A stretch of 64,000 nucleotides of DNA from an uncultured Actinomycetes bacterium (GTDB lineage: Bacteria > Actinomycetota > Thermoleophilia > UBA2241). The position numbers and the translations under genes are program-made. The notes beneath the pieces are model-generated. The model worked only from the letters and a program-made list of their open reading frames with translations. It was not told where the DNA came from and made no database searches. Shown piece by piece: positions 42,623 through 54,629 of the stretch; position 1 is the stretch's first letter, and every line of letters starts with the position of its first letter. The DNA lies in assembly GCA_963725665.1 (NCBI GenBank), contig CAVRZA010000004.1, forward strand, positions 256,001 through 320,000. The letters are read 5' to 3'.

Positions 42623-43833
42623 ACAGGCTCCTGGACGCGCCCTCGAGCGTCCTGCTCGCCGCCGCCGGCTTCGTCCTGGCGGCGAGCATCGTCTACCTCG
42701 TCACTCCGCTGATGAGCTGGATCGCTCGGCGGGCAGGCGTGGTCGTGCGGCCCACGGACGAGCGGCACATGCACCACGCCACGATGCCGCTGCTGGGCGG
42801 CCTCGCCATGTACATCGGCGTGATGGTGCCCACGCTGGCTCTGGTGCGAATGAGCGACGCGAGCAAGGCGATCCTTGTGGGCGGGACGATCATCACGCTG
42901 GTCGGGCTCGTCGACGATCTCCTCGACATCCGTCCGCTCTTGAAGTTCGCCGGTCAGCTCGCCGCGATCGGCGTGATGCTGTACTTCAATGTGCGCATCT
43001 CGCGCTTCACGCTGCCCCTCAGCGACGAGACGTTCACCTTCCACATCGCCGTCTCGGTGGCGCTGACAGTCCTCTGGATGGGCGTCATCATCAATATGGT
43101 GAACTTCATCGACGGCCTCGACGGCCTGGCGGCGGGCGTGTGCGCCATCTCGGCCATGACCTTCAGCGTGATCGCCCTCTCGCTCGACCGGGCGCCCATG
43201 GGCGTTGAGGCCGCCGTGCTGGCAGGAGCCGCGTTCGCCTTCCTGCGCTTCAACTTCTACCCAGCGAGCATCTTCATGGGGGACACGGGGTCGATGCTCC
43301 TCGGCTACTGTCTCGGCGTCATCAGTGTGCAAGGCGTCCTCAAGGGCGCCGCGACCGTGGCGCTCATCTTCCCGCTCCTCGTGTTGGGCGTGCCCTTCGT
43401 CGACTTCTTCCGCATCGTCTTCCGGCGCTGGCGCGAGGGCGTGCCCTTCTACCGCGGCGGCAAGGACCACGTGCATCACCACCTGGTCCTGGTCGTCGGC
43501 TACTCGCAGCGCAAGGCGGTGCTGCTGCTCTACGGCTGGTGCGTGCTGCTGAGCGGCCTCGCCGTGGCCATGCGCGAGCGCGCGCTGTGGGCTGTGGTCG
43601 TTCTGGGCGCGGCCGCCCTCGTTGCGACGGTGTCGATGCTTCGCCTGTTGCGCCGCTTTCGCGCTCGCTCCGAAGAGGAGGCGCGGCGCGAGGTGCTCGG
43701 GGACGAGGCGTCCGCGCCGGGCACCGGGAGCGCGTCCTCACCGCAATCTACGCAGCCCCCGCGGGACGGCGGCGTGCGGGGCCGCGCCGGGCGCGGATGG
43801 CAGTGGCCCGTGGCGGGTGTAGGCTCGCTGTGA
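42619..43833 (+). CDS. Undecaprenyl-phosphate GlcNAc-1-P transferase (MraY/TagO/WecA family); probable ATA start
   Basis: [25 protein letters not shown] and HVHH motifs; first TM helix lies upstream of the first ATG (42712). Confidence 0.88.
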   Translation: MDRLLDAPSSVLLAAAGFVLAASIVYLVTPLMSWIARRAGVVVRPTDERHMHHATMPLLGGLAMYIGVMVPTLALVRMSDASKAILVGGTIITLVGLVDDLLDIRPLLKFAGQLAAIGVMLYFNVRISRFTLPLSDETFTFHIAVSVALTVLWMGVIINMVNFIDGLDGLAAGVCAISAMTFSVIALSLDRAPMGVEAAVLAGAAFAFLRFNFYPASIFMGDTGSMLLGYCLGVISVQGVLKGAATVALIFPLLVLGVPFVDFFRIVFRRWREGVPFYRGGKDHVHHHLVLVVGYSQRKAVLLLYGWCVLLSGLAVAMRERALWAVVVLGAAALVATVSMLRLLRRFRARSEEEARREVLGDEASAPGTGSASSPQSTQPPRDGGVRGRAGRGWQWPVAGVGSL

Positions 43834-43947
43834 GGCGGGCAGAACATCCGTCGGCGGGGGAACGTGATGGCCGTCACGAGGGGTTCCGAAGTACCCCTGG
43901 CGGTATCGCCGACGTTCCTTGTCGCTGCGGGGAAAGGTCTATATACT

Positions 43948-44175
43948 GTGCCGCACGAAGAACCCCGTGAGAAGGGTTCGCGTCGCCCTGAGCAGCGAAA
44001 ATCCCCTGCTCAGGCCGAGTCGATCGCGTTCACGCTATTGGCCGGGGTAGCCGTGGGCTTGGGCATCGGATACGTGATCGACAGGCTGGCGAAGACGTCC
44101 CCCTTGTTCTTGATCTTGGGTGTGTTCGTCGGGTTCGCCGCCGCGCTGTACGCGGTCTTTCTCGAGACGAGGTGA
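43948..44175 (+). CDS. AtpZ/AtpI family protein
   Basis: G.GY.ID...T.PLF..LG pattern at the head of the atp operon; start uncertain. Confidence 0.75.
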   Translation: MPHEEPREKGSRRPEQRKSPAQAESIAFTLLAGVAVGLGIGYVIDRLAKTSPLFLILGVFVGFAAALYAVFLETR

Positions 44176-44238
44176 CGAGGGCTCCGCAACCCGCTCGGTC
44201 CGGACGAAGGTGGAAGCATCAAGCGCGATACGCTACTA

Positions 44239-44589
44239 GTGCTGACGTTGCTGGCGATGACCGTCGCCTGCGGCGTCGTTGCCGGCCTCCTCGGACGCAG
44301 CGTGTGGGCGGCGGCGCTCGGTTCGGCGCTCGTCATCGCTTACTGGCTCCTCGAACTGCTCGTGGCGAGACTGGGCGCCCGCGGTAGCTTTGCCAACGCC
44401 GTCGCCCTGGGCCTCGGCGGCATGGTGGCGCGCCTCGTCGTCGTGCTCGGCGTGCTGGCGGCGATCGGGCTCTTCGCCAGGCCCGCCTTCCCCGAGGCGG
44501 CGCTATCGTTCCTCGTCACGTACAGCGCCTACCAGGTGCTGCGGCTGTTCGCCCACCCGGCTCTGTCCGCGCATCCCCGGGGGGAGTAG
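44239..44589 (+). CDS. atpI: ATP synthase protein I-like membrane protein
   Basis: Four hydrophobic segments; directly precedes atpB. Confidence 0.65.
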   Translation: MLTLLAMTVACGVVAGLLGRSVWAAALGSALVIAYWLLELLVARLGARGSFANAVALGLGGMVARLVVVLGVLAAIGLFARPAFPEAALSFLVTYSAYQVLRLFAHPALSAHPRGE

Positions 44590-45536
44590 TGGACCCTGCG
44601 CGCGATCAGCACCAGCAGGAGATGCGGCGGGTCACGGCCGGCGAGGACGAGGTCATCGCCACCATCGCCAAGCACCGCCGCCTCGGGGGCCTGCCGGTGT
44701 GGCTCTGGGGGGTCATAGGGCTGCTCGTGCTCGTGGGGCTTTTCTTCATCCCCGGAGGTGCCAAGCAGGAGCTTGAGATCGCCGGCGAGTTCAACCTCGA
44801 GCCGCTGGTGAGCCTGCCCAAGATCGGCCCGTTCGACCTGTCGATCACCAAGGCCGTCGTCTACCTCTGGATCGCCACCGCCGTCATCGTCGTGGTGGCG
44901 ATCGTCATCGCGCGCAACATCAAGCCGCATCCGAGCCGGTTCCAGTACGCCATGGAGGCTCTCTACGAGCTCGCCTACGACGGCATCACCTCCTCGGTGA
45001 TGAAGAGCGGCGTCTCGACGTGGTTCCCGTACGTGGGCGCGGCTTTCTTCTTCATCCTCGTCAACAACCTCGCCGGTCTCATCCCCCTGCCCTTCGGCGA
45101 GCACCACCAGTTGAGCTTCTACGCCGCCACGGCCAACCTGAACGTGACCATCACGCTTGCCTTCTTCACGTTCCTCTTCACGCACTACGCCGGGATGAAG
45201 AAGAATGGGCCCGTGACGTACTTCAGAAACTGGATGCCCAGGGGCGCGCCGCCGGTGCTGCGCGAGTTCATCTTCGTCATCCACATCGTGAGCGAGGTCT
45301 TCCGGTTGATCTCGCTCTCGGTCCGACTCTTCGCCAACATGGTCGCCGGGCACGCCATCCTGGCCGTGTTCTTCGCTATGGCGCTGATCTTCCAGAGCTA
45401 CCTTGCGGCCGTGGTGCTGCAGGGTGGCTCCGTGCTGATCTACATGTTCGAGATCTTCGTGGCCGTGATCCAGGCCTTCATCTTCGCCATCCTCTCCGCC
45501 GTTTACATCGGCGGTGCGCTCGACCAGGAGCACTAG
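44589..45536 (+). CDS. atpB: ATP synthase subunit a
   Basis: SLSVRLFANM.AGH and IQAFIF..L...Y motifs. Confidence 0.95.
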   Translation: MDPARDQHQQEMRRVTAGEDEVIATIAKHRRLGGLPVWLWGVIGLLVLVGLFFIPGGAKQELEIAGEFNLEPLVSLPKIGPFDLSITKAVVYLWIATAVIVVVAIVIARNIKPHPSRFQYAMEALYELAYDGITSSVMKSGVSTWFPYVGAAFFFILVNNLAGLIPLPFGEHHQLSFYAATANLNVTITLAFFTFLFTHYAGMKKNGPVTYFRNWMPRGAPPVLREFIFVIHIVSEVFRLISLSVRLFANMVAGHAILAVFFAMALIFQSYLAAVVLQGGSVLIYMFEIFVAVIQAFIFAILSAVYIGGALDQEH

Positions 45537-45590
45537 GGACGGGACAGTCGCAAAGCAATGACGATAGTCGCAAGAGCAGGAGGTCAGTGA

Positions 45591-45821
<231 letters not shown>

Positions 45822-45862
45822 CGAGGCGGGGACGGCAGGGTACGGAAGAGCGGGGAGGAAGC

Positions 45863-46381
45863 ATGCTGAGCATCAACCCCGGCCTCATGCTGTGGACCCT
45901 GATTACGTTCGCCATCGCCGTGTTCATCCTGTGGAAGTACGCCTTCGGGCCGCTGCAGCGCATCATCGACCAGCGCCGGGCGCGCATCAGGGAGAGCTTC
46001 GAGGCCGCCGAGGAGACACGCTCCGAGGCGCAGCGTCTGCTGGCGGAGTACAAGGAGTCGCTGGCACGCGTGCGCGGCGAGGCCGAGGACATCGTCGAGC
46101 GGGCGCGCAAGGCGGGCGAATCGACCAAGGCCGAGATCCTGGCCACGGCCAAGGAGCAGGCCGACCGCCGGCTCGAGCATGCGCGCCAGCAGATCGAGCG
46201 CGACACTCGGGCGGCACTGCGGGACATCAAGGGTGAGGTCGCCGACCTGGCTCTTATGGTGGCCGAGAAGGTGACGGCGAAGAGCCTGACCGACGAGGAC
46301 CACCGGCGGCTGATCGATGACGCTCTCAAGGGCGTCGATCTGAGCGACGTCGGGATGGGGACGCCGGGGACGCCCGGGTGA
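45863..46381 (+). CDS. atpF: ATP synthase subunit b
   Basis: N-terminal TM followed by coiled coil. Confidence 0.93.
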   Translation: MLSINPGLMLWTLITFAIAVFILWKYAFGPLQRIIDQRRARIRESFEAAEETRSEAQRLLAEYKESLARVRGEAEDIVERARKAGESTKAEILATAKEQADRRLEHARQQIERDTRAALRDIKGEVADLALMVAEKVTAKSLTDEDHRRLIDDALKGVDLSDVGMGTPGTPG

Positions 46382-46388
46382 GCGCGCT

Positions 46389-46946
46389 GTGAGCGAGGAA
46401 CAGGTCGCACGCGTCTACGCCGGCGCGTTGCTCGAGGCGGCGCGCGAGGCCGGCTCGGTCGAGCACGTCGGCAAGGACTTCAAGGCCTTTGCCGACGCGC
46501 TCGACGCGTCGCAGCCGCTGCGCGCCGTGCTCTTCGACCCGCAGATCGAGGTCTCTGCCAAGCGAGGCGTGGTGGCCGCCTTGACCGAGGGGGTCGATCC
46601 ACTGGTGGCGAACGCCCTGCGTCTGCTGCTCGACAAGGGGCGCCAGGCGGCGATCGCCGGCGTGTGCCGCGAGTATGAGGAGCTCGCCGCCGAAGAGGCG
46701 CGGGTCGTGGCCGTCGAGGTCACCACGGCGGTCCGGCTGACGCCCGACGCCGAAGAACGCATCGCGCGGCGCGTCGAGGAGGCCACGGGCATGCGGCCGC
46801 AACTCACAAAGCGCGTCGACGAAGCGATCATCGGCGGTCTCATCCTCCGTGTCGGCGACGTCATCATCGACGCGAGCGTGCGCTCCCGGCTGCAGCAACT
46901 ACGAGAGAGACTGCTGACCGCAGATGTGAGAGGTGGCGACCAGTGA
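46389..46946 (+). CDS. atpH: ATP synthase delta
   Basis: ARVYAGAL and IIGG...GD.IIDAS motifs. Confidence 0.93.
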   Translation: MSEEQVARVYAGALLEAAREAGSVEHVGKDFKAFADALDASQPLRAVLFDPQIEVSAKRGVVAALTEGVDPLVANALRLLLDKGRQAAIAGVCREYEELAAEEARVVAVEVTTAVRLTPDAEERIARRVEEATGMRPQLTKRVDEAIIGGLILRVGDVIIDASVRSRLQQLRERLLTADVRGGDQ

Positions 46947-48559
46947 AGCTGCGTCCAGAAGAGATCACCTCGGTCTTGAGATCGCAGATCGAGAACTACC
47001 AGGCCGAGGTCGAGGTCGAGGAGGTCGGCACCGTCCTCGAGGTCGGGGACGGGATCGCTCGCATCTACGGTCTCAGGAACGCAGTCATGTCGGAGATGCT
47101 CGACTTGTCGCACGACGTGACCGGCCTCGTGCTCAACCTCGAGGAGGACAACGTCGGTGCGGTGCTGCTCGGTGAGGACACCCTGGTCAAAGAGGGCGAC
47201 CTGGTGCGACGCACGGGTCGCGTGCTCCAGGTCCCCGTGGGCGATGCGCTCGTGGGACGCGTGGTGAACCCGCTGGGCGTGCCGCTGGACGAGAAGGGTC
47301 GCATCGAGGCGGCGGCCTTCAGGCCGGTGGAGTTCAAGGCCCCCGGGGTCGTCGAGCGGCAGCCGGTGAGGGAGCCGCTGCAGACCGGCGTCAAGGCGAT
47401 CGACGCGATGACGCCGATCGGACGCGGCCAGCGCGAGTTGATCATCGGCGATCGTCAGACGGGCAAGACCTCGATCATCGTCGACACGATCATCAACCAG
47501 AAGGGCCAGGACGAGATCTGCATCTACGTGGCCATCGGTCAGAAGGCCTCGACCGTCATGCAGGTGGTGCAGAAGCTCGAGGAGTACGGGGCCATGGAGT
47601 ACACGATCGTCGTGGCTGCAACCGCCTCCGCCTCGGCGCCTCTCAAGTACCTCGCCCCGTACGCCGGGGCGGCTATGGGCGAGTACTACCTCTACAACGG
47701 TCGCCACGCCGTCTGCTTCTACGACGACCTCTCAAAGCACGCCGATGCGTATCGCCAGATGTCACTGCTGCTGCGCCGTCCGCCGGGCCGCGAAGCCTTT
47801 CCCGGCGACGTCTTCTACCTGCACTCGCGGCTGCTGGAGCGGTCGTGCAAGCTGAACGACGAGCTAGGCGGGGGCTCGATGACAGGCATCCCGGTGATCG
47901 AGACGCAGGCCGGCGACGTCTCCGCCTACATCCCGACCAACGTCATCTCCATCACCGACGGCCAGATCTTCCTGCAGAGCGACCTCTTCCACTCGGGCAT
48001 CAGGCCGGCCATCAACGTTGGCATCTCGGTCTCCCGCGTGGGCGGCTACGCGCAGATCAAGGCGTACCGTCAGGTAGCCGGGCGCCTGCGCCTCGACCTC
48101 GCTCAGTACCGCGAGCTCGAAGCTTTCGCGCAGTTCGGCTCCGAGCTCGACGAGTCGACGCAGCGCGCGCTGTCCCGCGGCGCGCGCATGGTCGAGGTGC
48201 TAAACCAGCCGCGCTTTCAGCCGCTGCCCGTAGAGGAGCAGGTGGGGCAGATCTTCGCCGGCACGCAGGGCTACCTCGACGACGTCCCGGTCGAGCGCGT
48301 GAGGGAGTTCCTCGCCGGTCTGCGCGGCCATCTACGCGCGCACCACGCCGACGTGCTCGACAAGCTGGCCGCGGCCAAGGAGATCACCGACGAGACCGAT
48401 AAGGCACTGCGCGCCGGCATCGACGAGTTCCGGCGCAGCTTCGTCGTCGAGACCGGCCGCGATGAGGTTCCGGCCCTCAAGGTGGGCACCCCGGCGACCG
48501 TCGACGTCAAGAGTACGACCGACGAGGTCGAAGCCGCCGAAGAGGCGGCGGAGGGCTAG
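46943..48559 (+). CDS. atpA: ATP synthase alpha
   Basis: GDRQTGKT and [21 protein letters not shown] motifs. Confidence 0.97.
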   Translation: MKLRPEEITSVLRSQIENYQAEVEVEEVGTVLEVGDGIARIYGLRNAVMSEMLDLSHDVTGLVLNLEEDNVGAVLLGEDTLVKEGDLVRRTGRVLQVPVGDALVGRVVNPLGVPLDEKGRIEAAAFRPVEFKAPGVVERQPVREPLQTGVKAIDAMTPIGRGQRELIIGDRQTGKTSIIVDTIINQKGQDEICIYVAIGQKASTVMQVVQKLEEYGAMEYTIVVAATASASAPLKYLAPYAGAAMGEYYLYNGRHAVCFYDDLSKHADAYRQMSLLLRRPPGREAFPGDVFYLHSRLLERSCKLNDELGGGSMTGIPVIETQAGDVSAYIPTNVISITDGQIFLQSDLFHSGIRPAINVGISVSRVGGYAQIKAYRQVAGRLRLDLAQYRELEAFAQFGSELDESTQRALSRGARMVEVLNQPRFQPLPVEEQVGQIFAGTQGYLDDVPVERVREFLAGLRGHLRAHHADVLDKLAAAKEITDETDKALRAGIDEFRRSFVVETGRDEVPALKVGTPATVDVKSTTDEVEAAEEAAEG

Positions 48560-48567
48560 GTCGTCCG

Positions 48568-50953
<2,386 letters not shown>

Positions 50954-50962
50954 GGGGAGCAG

Positions 50963-51391
50963 GTGGTCGACGAACCGTCGTTGCAGGTCGAGATCGTCGC
51001 TCCCGACGGGGGTGTCTATGCCGACACGGTGGCCATGGTGGTGGCGCCAGGGGTCGAGGGTCAGCTGGGGATCCTGCCGCGTCACGAGCCGCTCGTCTCG
51101 TTGCTCGCCATCGGGGAGACGCGCGTGCGGCGCCTCGACGGCGACTGGGAGCATTTCGCCACCGGCATCGGCTACCTGCAGGTACTTTTCAACAAGGTGA
51201 TGGTGGTCGTCGACCACGCCGAGCAGGCTGGAAGGATCGACGTGGAGCGAGCCGAGACAGCGCGCAGGCGCGCTGAGGAGCGGCTCGCTCGCGGGGCCGA
51301 TCCCGAGGCCGAGGCCGAGGTCGACTACTTCCGTTCCGAGATGGCCCTGAAGCGGGCCGAGAACCGCCTCAAGGTGGCGGCGCGGGCCTGA
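50963..51391 (+). CDS. atpC: ATP synthase epsilon
   Basis: GQLGILPRH motif; C-terminal helices. Confidence 0.94.
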   Translation: MVDEPSLQVEIVAPDGGVYADTVAMVVAPGVEGQLGILPRHEPLVSLLAIGETRVRRLDGDWEHFATGIGYLQVLFNKVMVVVDHAEQAGRIDVERAETARRRAEERLARGADPEAEAEVDYFRSEMALKRAENRLKVAARA

Positions 51392-51438
51392 GCCGCACGC
51401 GGCCGGCCTGGGCCCCACGGAGCGGTGGAGTCAGCTCG

Positions 51439-52740
51439 ATGATGAACGGTCCCGATCAGAGCGACAGCTATCTCCTCCAGGGAGGCCGCCCGCTGGTGGG
51501 CTCCGTCGAGCTCGCGGGAGCCAAGAACTCCGTCCTCAAGCTGATGGCCGCTGGCCTGCTCTCGGACGAGGTGTCGGTCATCACGCGCGTGCCGCGCATC
51601 TCGGACGTCCTCACGATGGCCGATATGCTACGCGCCCTCGGCGCCTCGGTGTCGTTCCACGGCGATGAGGTCGTCATCGACCCGCGGGGGCCGCTCAATG
51701 GTCACGCGCCGTACGAGCTCGTGCGCACGATGCGCGCCAGCATCATCGTCATGGGTCCGCTCGTGGCGCGCCTGGGCAGGGCGAGCATTGCGATGCCGGG
51801 GGGCTGCAACATCGGCCCGCGGCGCATCGACTTCCACCTGCGGGGGCTGCAGCGCCTCGGGGCCCGGGTCGCCATCGAACACGGTTTCATCGAGGTCGAT
51901 GGCGACCGTTTGCGGGGCGGCGTCGTGCCCCTCGACTACCCGAGCGTCGGCGCCACCGAGAACCTGTTGATGACGGCGACCGCCGCGCGGGGCGTGACCG
52001 TCATCGAGAACGCCGCCCGGGAGCCCGAGATCGTCGACCTCTGCCGCTTCCTCTCGGCCATGGGGGCGTGCATCGAGGGCGCCGGGACGAGCGCGATCCG
52101 TGTCGAGGGGGGCCACCCGCTGCGCGGGGCGAGACACGAGGTCATCGCCGATCGCATAGAAGCGGGCACCTTTCTGATCGCCGCGGGCGCGACGCACGGC
52201 GACGTGACCGTCCGCGGTCTCGATCCAGTCCATCTCGAGCTCTTCCTCCACAAGCTGCGAGCCATTGGCATCCAGGTCGACGAAGGTGACGGGTCGATCC
52301 GGGCCCGCTACGCCGGGCGCCTGCGTCCGGTCGACATCTCGACACTCCCCCATCCAGGGTTCGCGACCGATCTCCAGGCGCAGGTGATGGTCCTGCTGTC
52401 GCTGGCGGCGGGGACGTCGATCGTCACGGAGAACGTCTTCGAGAATCGCTTCGTCGTCGTCGACGAGCTCAACCGCCTGGGCGCGGGTATCACTACGAGT
52501 GGGCATCATGCTGTCATCGCGGGGCCTCGCCAGCTCACGGGCACCGTCGTCGAGGCCCCCGATCTGCGCGGTGGCGCCGCCCTTGTGATCGCCGGGCTCG
52601 TCGCCGAGGGTTCTACCGAGGTGCGCTCGGTGATGCACATCGATCGAGGGTACGAGGCGCTCGAGTCGAAGCTCGCGACGCTGGGGGCAGATATCAGGCG
52701 TCTAACGGGCGAGCATTCGCCGCTCATCGCCACGGTCTGA
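51439..52740 (+). CDS. murA: UDP-GlcNAc 1-carboxyvinyltransferase
   Basis: GAKNS, MRAS, PGGC, SVGATEN and DRIEAGT motifs. Confidence 0.95.
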   Translation: MMNGPDQSDSYLLQGGRPLVGSVELAGAKNSVLKLMAAGLLSDEVSVITRVPRISDVLTMADMLRALGASVSFHGDEVVIDPRGPLNGHAPYELVRTMRASIIVMGPLVARLGRASIAMPGGCNIGPRRIDFHLRGLQRLGARVAIEHGFIEVDGDRLRGGVVPLDYPSVGATENLLMTATAARGVTVIENAAREPEIVDLCRFLSAMGACIEGAGTSAIRVEGGHPLRGARHEVIADRIEAGTFLIAAGATHGDVTVRGLDPVHLELFLHKLRAIGIQVDEGDGSIRARYAGRLRPVDISTLPHPGFATDLQAQVMVLLSLAAGTSIVTENVFENRFVVVDELNRLGAGITTSGHHAVIAGPRQLTGTVVEAPDLRGGAALVIAGLVAEGSTEVRSVMHIDRGYEALESKLATLGADIRRLTGEHSPLIATV

Positions 52741-52835
52741 GCCGTCGCGTCGAGCGGGAGCGAGCGACGATACGATAGAATCCGCGGCGGCCCGGTGGCG
52801 CGAGCTCCCGGAGTCACCTCGAAAGCGAGTCTGCT

Positions 52836-54629
52836 GTGGCCGAGTACACACGCTACACGGCGACCCTGCGGCCCAGGCGCAAGCGCCGGCTGTGGGTCTC
52901 TATCCTCTGGTGGACGAGCCTCGTCCTCGTCGTCGTCGTCTCTATGGGCGCCGGCATGGCGTTCGGCTGGTTGTCGCGGACGGTAGCAGAGGTCGAGACG
53001 CGCAACCCGGAGACGGTGAGCGCCGCGCGCAAGCAGCTCACCGAGACCCTGCCCGGCAAGCCCGTCACGGTCCTGCTCCTCGGCAGCGACCGCCGCGAGG
53101 TGCTCGGTCCCTCGGACGTCGGCCGCTCCGACACCCTCATCCTGGCGCGCCTCGACCCCCAGACGAAGAGCATCTCGATGCTGTCGATCCCGCGCGACCT
53201 GCGTGTCGAGATACCCGGCTACGGCACCGATCGCATCAACGCCGCGTATTCGCTGGGTGGAGGCAAGGACGGCGCCGCACTCGCCCTCAAGACGGTGAAG
53301 CAGCTCACGGGGCTGCAGATCAACGACTTCATCGACATCAACTTCAGGGGCTTCATCCGCGTGATCGACAAGCTGGACGGGGCGTACTTCATGGTCGATC
53401 GCCGCTACTACAACGACACGGCGGTGACCAACTTCGCGTCGATCGACCTGCAGCCGGGCTATCAGCGGCTCGACGGCAGGGACGCGCTGTCGTTCGTCCG
53501 CTTCCGCCACGACCAGACGGGCGACTTCGGGCGCATCGTGCGGCAGCAGATGTTCCTGCGCGAGCTCAAGCGGCAGATCGGCGAGTCCGCCAAGTGGACG
53601 AACTGGCGCGCGCTTCCCGGGCTGATCCGGCTGGTGGCGGAGAACACGATCAGCGACATCTCGTCGTTCCCGAAGCTCCTCTCGCTCGGGCGGCTGGTCA
53701 TGGGGCTCGACGCGACCCACGTGTACCAGACGCACATCGAGGCCCAGAACATCCAGGTCCCCACGGCCGACGGCACGATGGCCGCCGAGCTCGAGGCCTC
53801 TCCGGAGCAGATCCAGGCCGCGGTGCAGAGCTTCCTCCATCCCGAGGCGGCCCCGGCGGCTGCCGTCGAACGTCTGCCCCTCGATGCGTTCCTGGTGAGA
53901 GTGCAGAACGGCTCGGGGACGCCCGGCATCGCCGAGGAGGTCTCTCACCAACTGTCAAGCCTGGGCTACCGGACCAGGGTCGCGGGCAACGCCCCGACGT
54001 TCGACTACCAGGAGTCCATCGTCTACGCGAGCCCGGGTCTCGTGACGCAGGCCGACCGTATCGCCCGCCTCCTCAAGGGCGCGCCGGTGCAGGTCGTCCC
54101 GCGCGGACCGGGGGTCTACGACGGCGTCACCGTGATCGTGGGGGCCAGCTATGCCGGCACGCTCGCGGTCCCCGAGTCGACATCGACGGCGACGCCGGCG
54201 CCCACGCTCGTCTACCACACGCGTCCCGACCTCGCCGAGTGGCGGGCGCTCGACAAGCAGACGCGTATGAAGCTTTACATGCCGACGACCTGGCCCAGTG
54301 GGTACGGCTTCGACCAGTTCCGCGTCTACACGACGCCGAAGGTGCGCGGAGGAAGTGCGGGGGCGGCCGTCGTCGTGTGCACCACCCTGCAGGGCGGCTA
54401 CTTCGACATCCAGGTGCTGCACTGGGCTTCTCCGCCGGCCACGGCCAAGCCCGACCAGCGACGGACGATCGACGGCCGCAAGTACCTGCTCTTCTACGAC
54501 GGCAGGAAGCTGCACATGGTCGCGTGGCGCGTCCGCGCCTCGACCTACTGGGTCAACAACACGTTGGATGACGCGATCCCCAACGCCACGCTGCTCGCGA
54601 TCGCGACGTCGTTCACCCGGGTGGGGTGA
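52836..54629 (+). CDS. LCP (LytR-CpsA-Psr) phosphotransferase with LytR_C and an extra C-terminal domain
   Basis: LLGSDRR, RSDT, SIPRDL, RINAAY, FVRFRH and DFGRIVRQQ motifs; VQNGSG LytR_C. Confidence 0.92.
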   Translation: MAEYTRYTATLRPRRKRRLWVSILWWTSLVLVVVVSMGAGMAFGWLSRTVAEVETRNPETVSAARKQLTETLPGKPVTVLLLGSDRREVLGPSDVGRSDTLILARLDPQTKSISMLSIPRDLRVEIPGYGTDRINAAYSLGGGKDGAALALKTVKQLTGLQINDFIDINFRGFIRVIDKLDGAYFMVDRRYYNDTAVTNFASIDLQPGYQRLDGRDALSFVRFRHDQTGDFGRIVRQQMFLRELKRQIGESAKWTNWRALPGLIRLVAENTISDISSFPKLLSLGRLVMGLDATHVYQTHIEAQNIQVPTADGTMAAELEASPEQIQAAVQSFLHPEAAPAAAVERLPLDAFLVRVQNGSGTPGIAEEVSHQLSSLGYRTRVAGNAPTFDYQESIVYASPGLVTQADRIARLLKGAPVQVVPRGPGVYDGVTVIVGASYAGTLAVPESTSTATPAPTLVYHTRPDLAEWRALDKQTRMKLYMPTTWPSGYGFDQFRVYTTPKVRGGSAGAAVVVCTTLQGGYFDIQVLHWASPPATAKPDQRRTIDGRKYLLFYDGRKLHMVAWRVRASTYWVNNTLDDAIPNATLLAIATSFTRVG

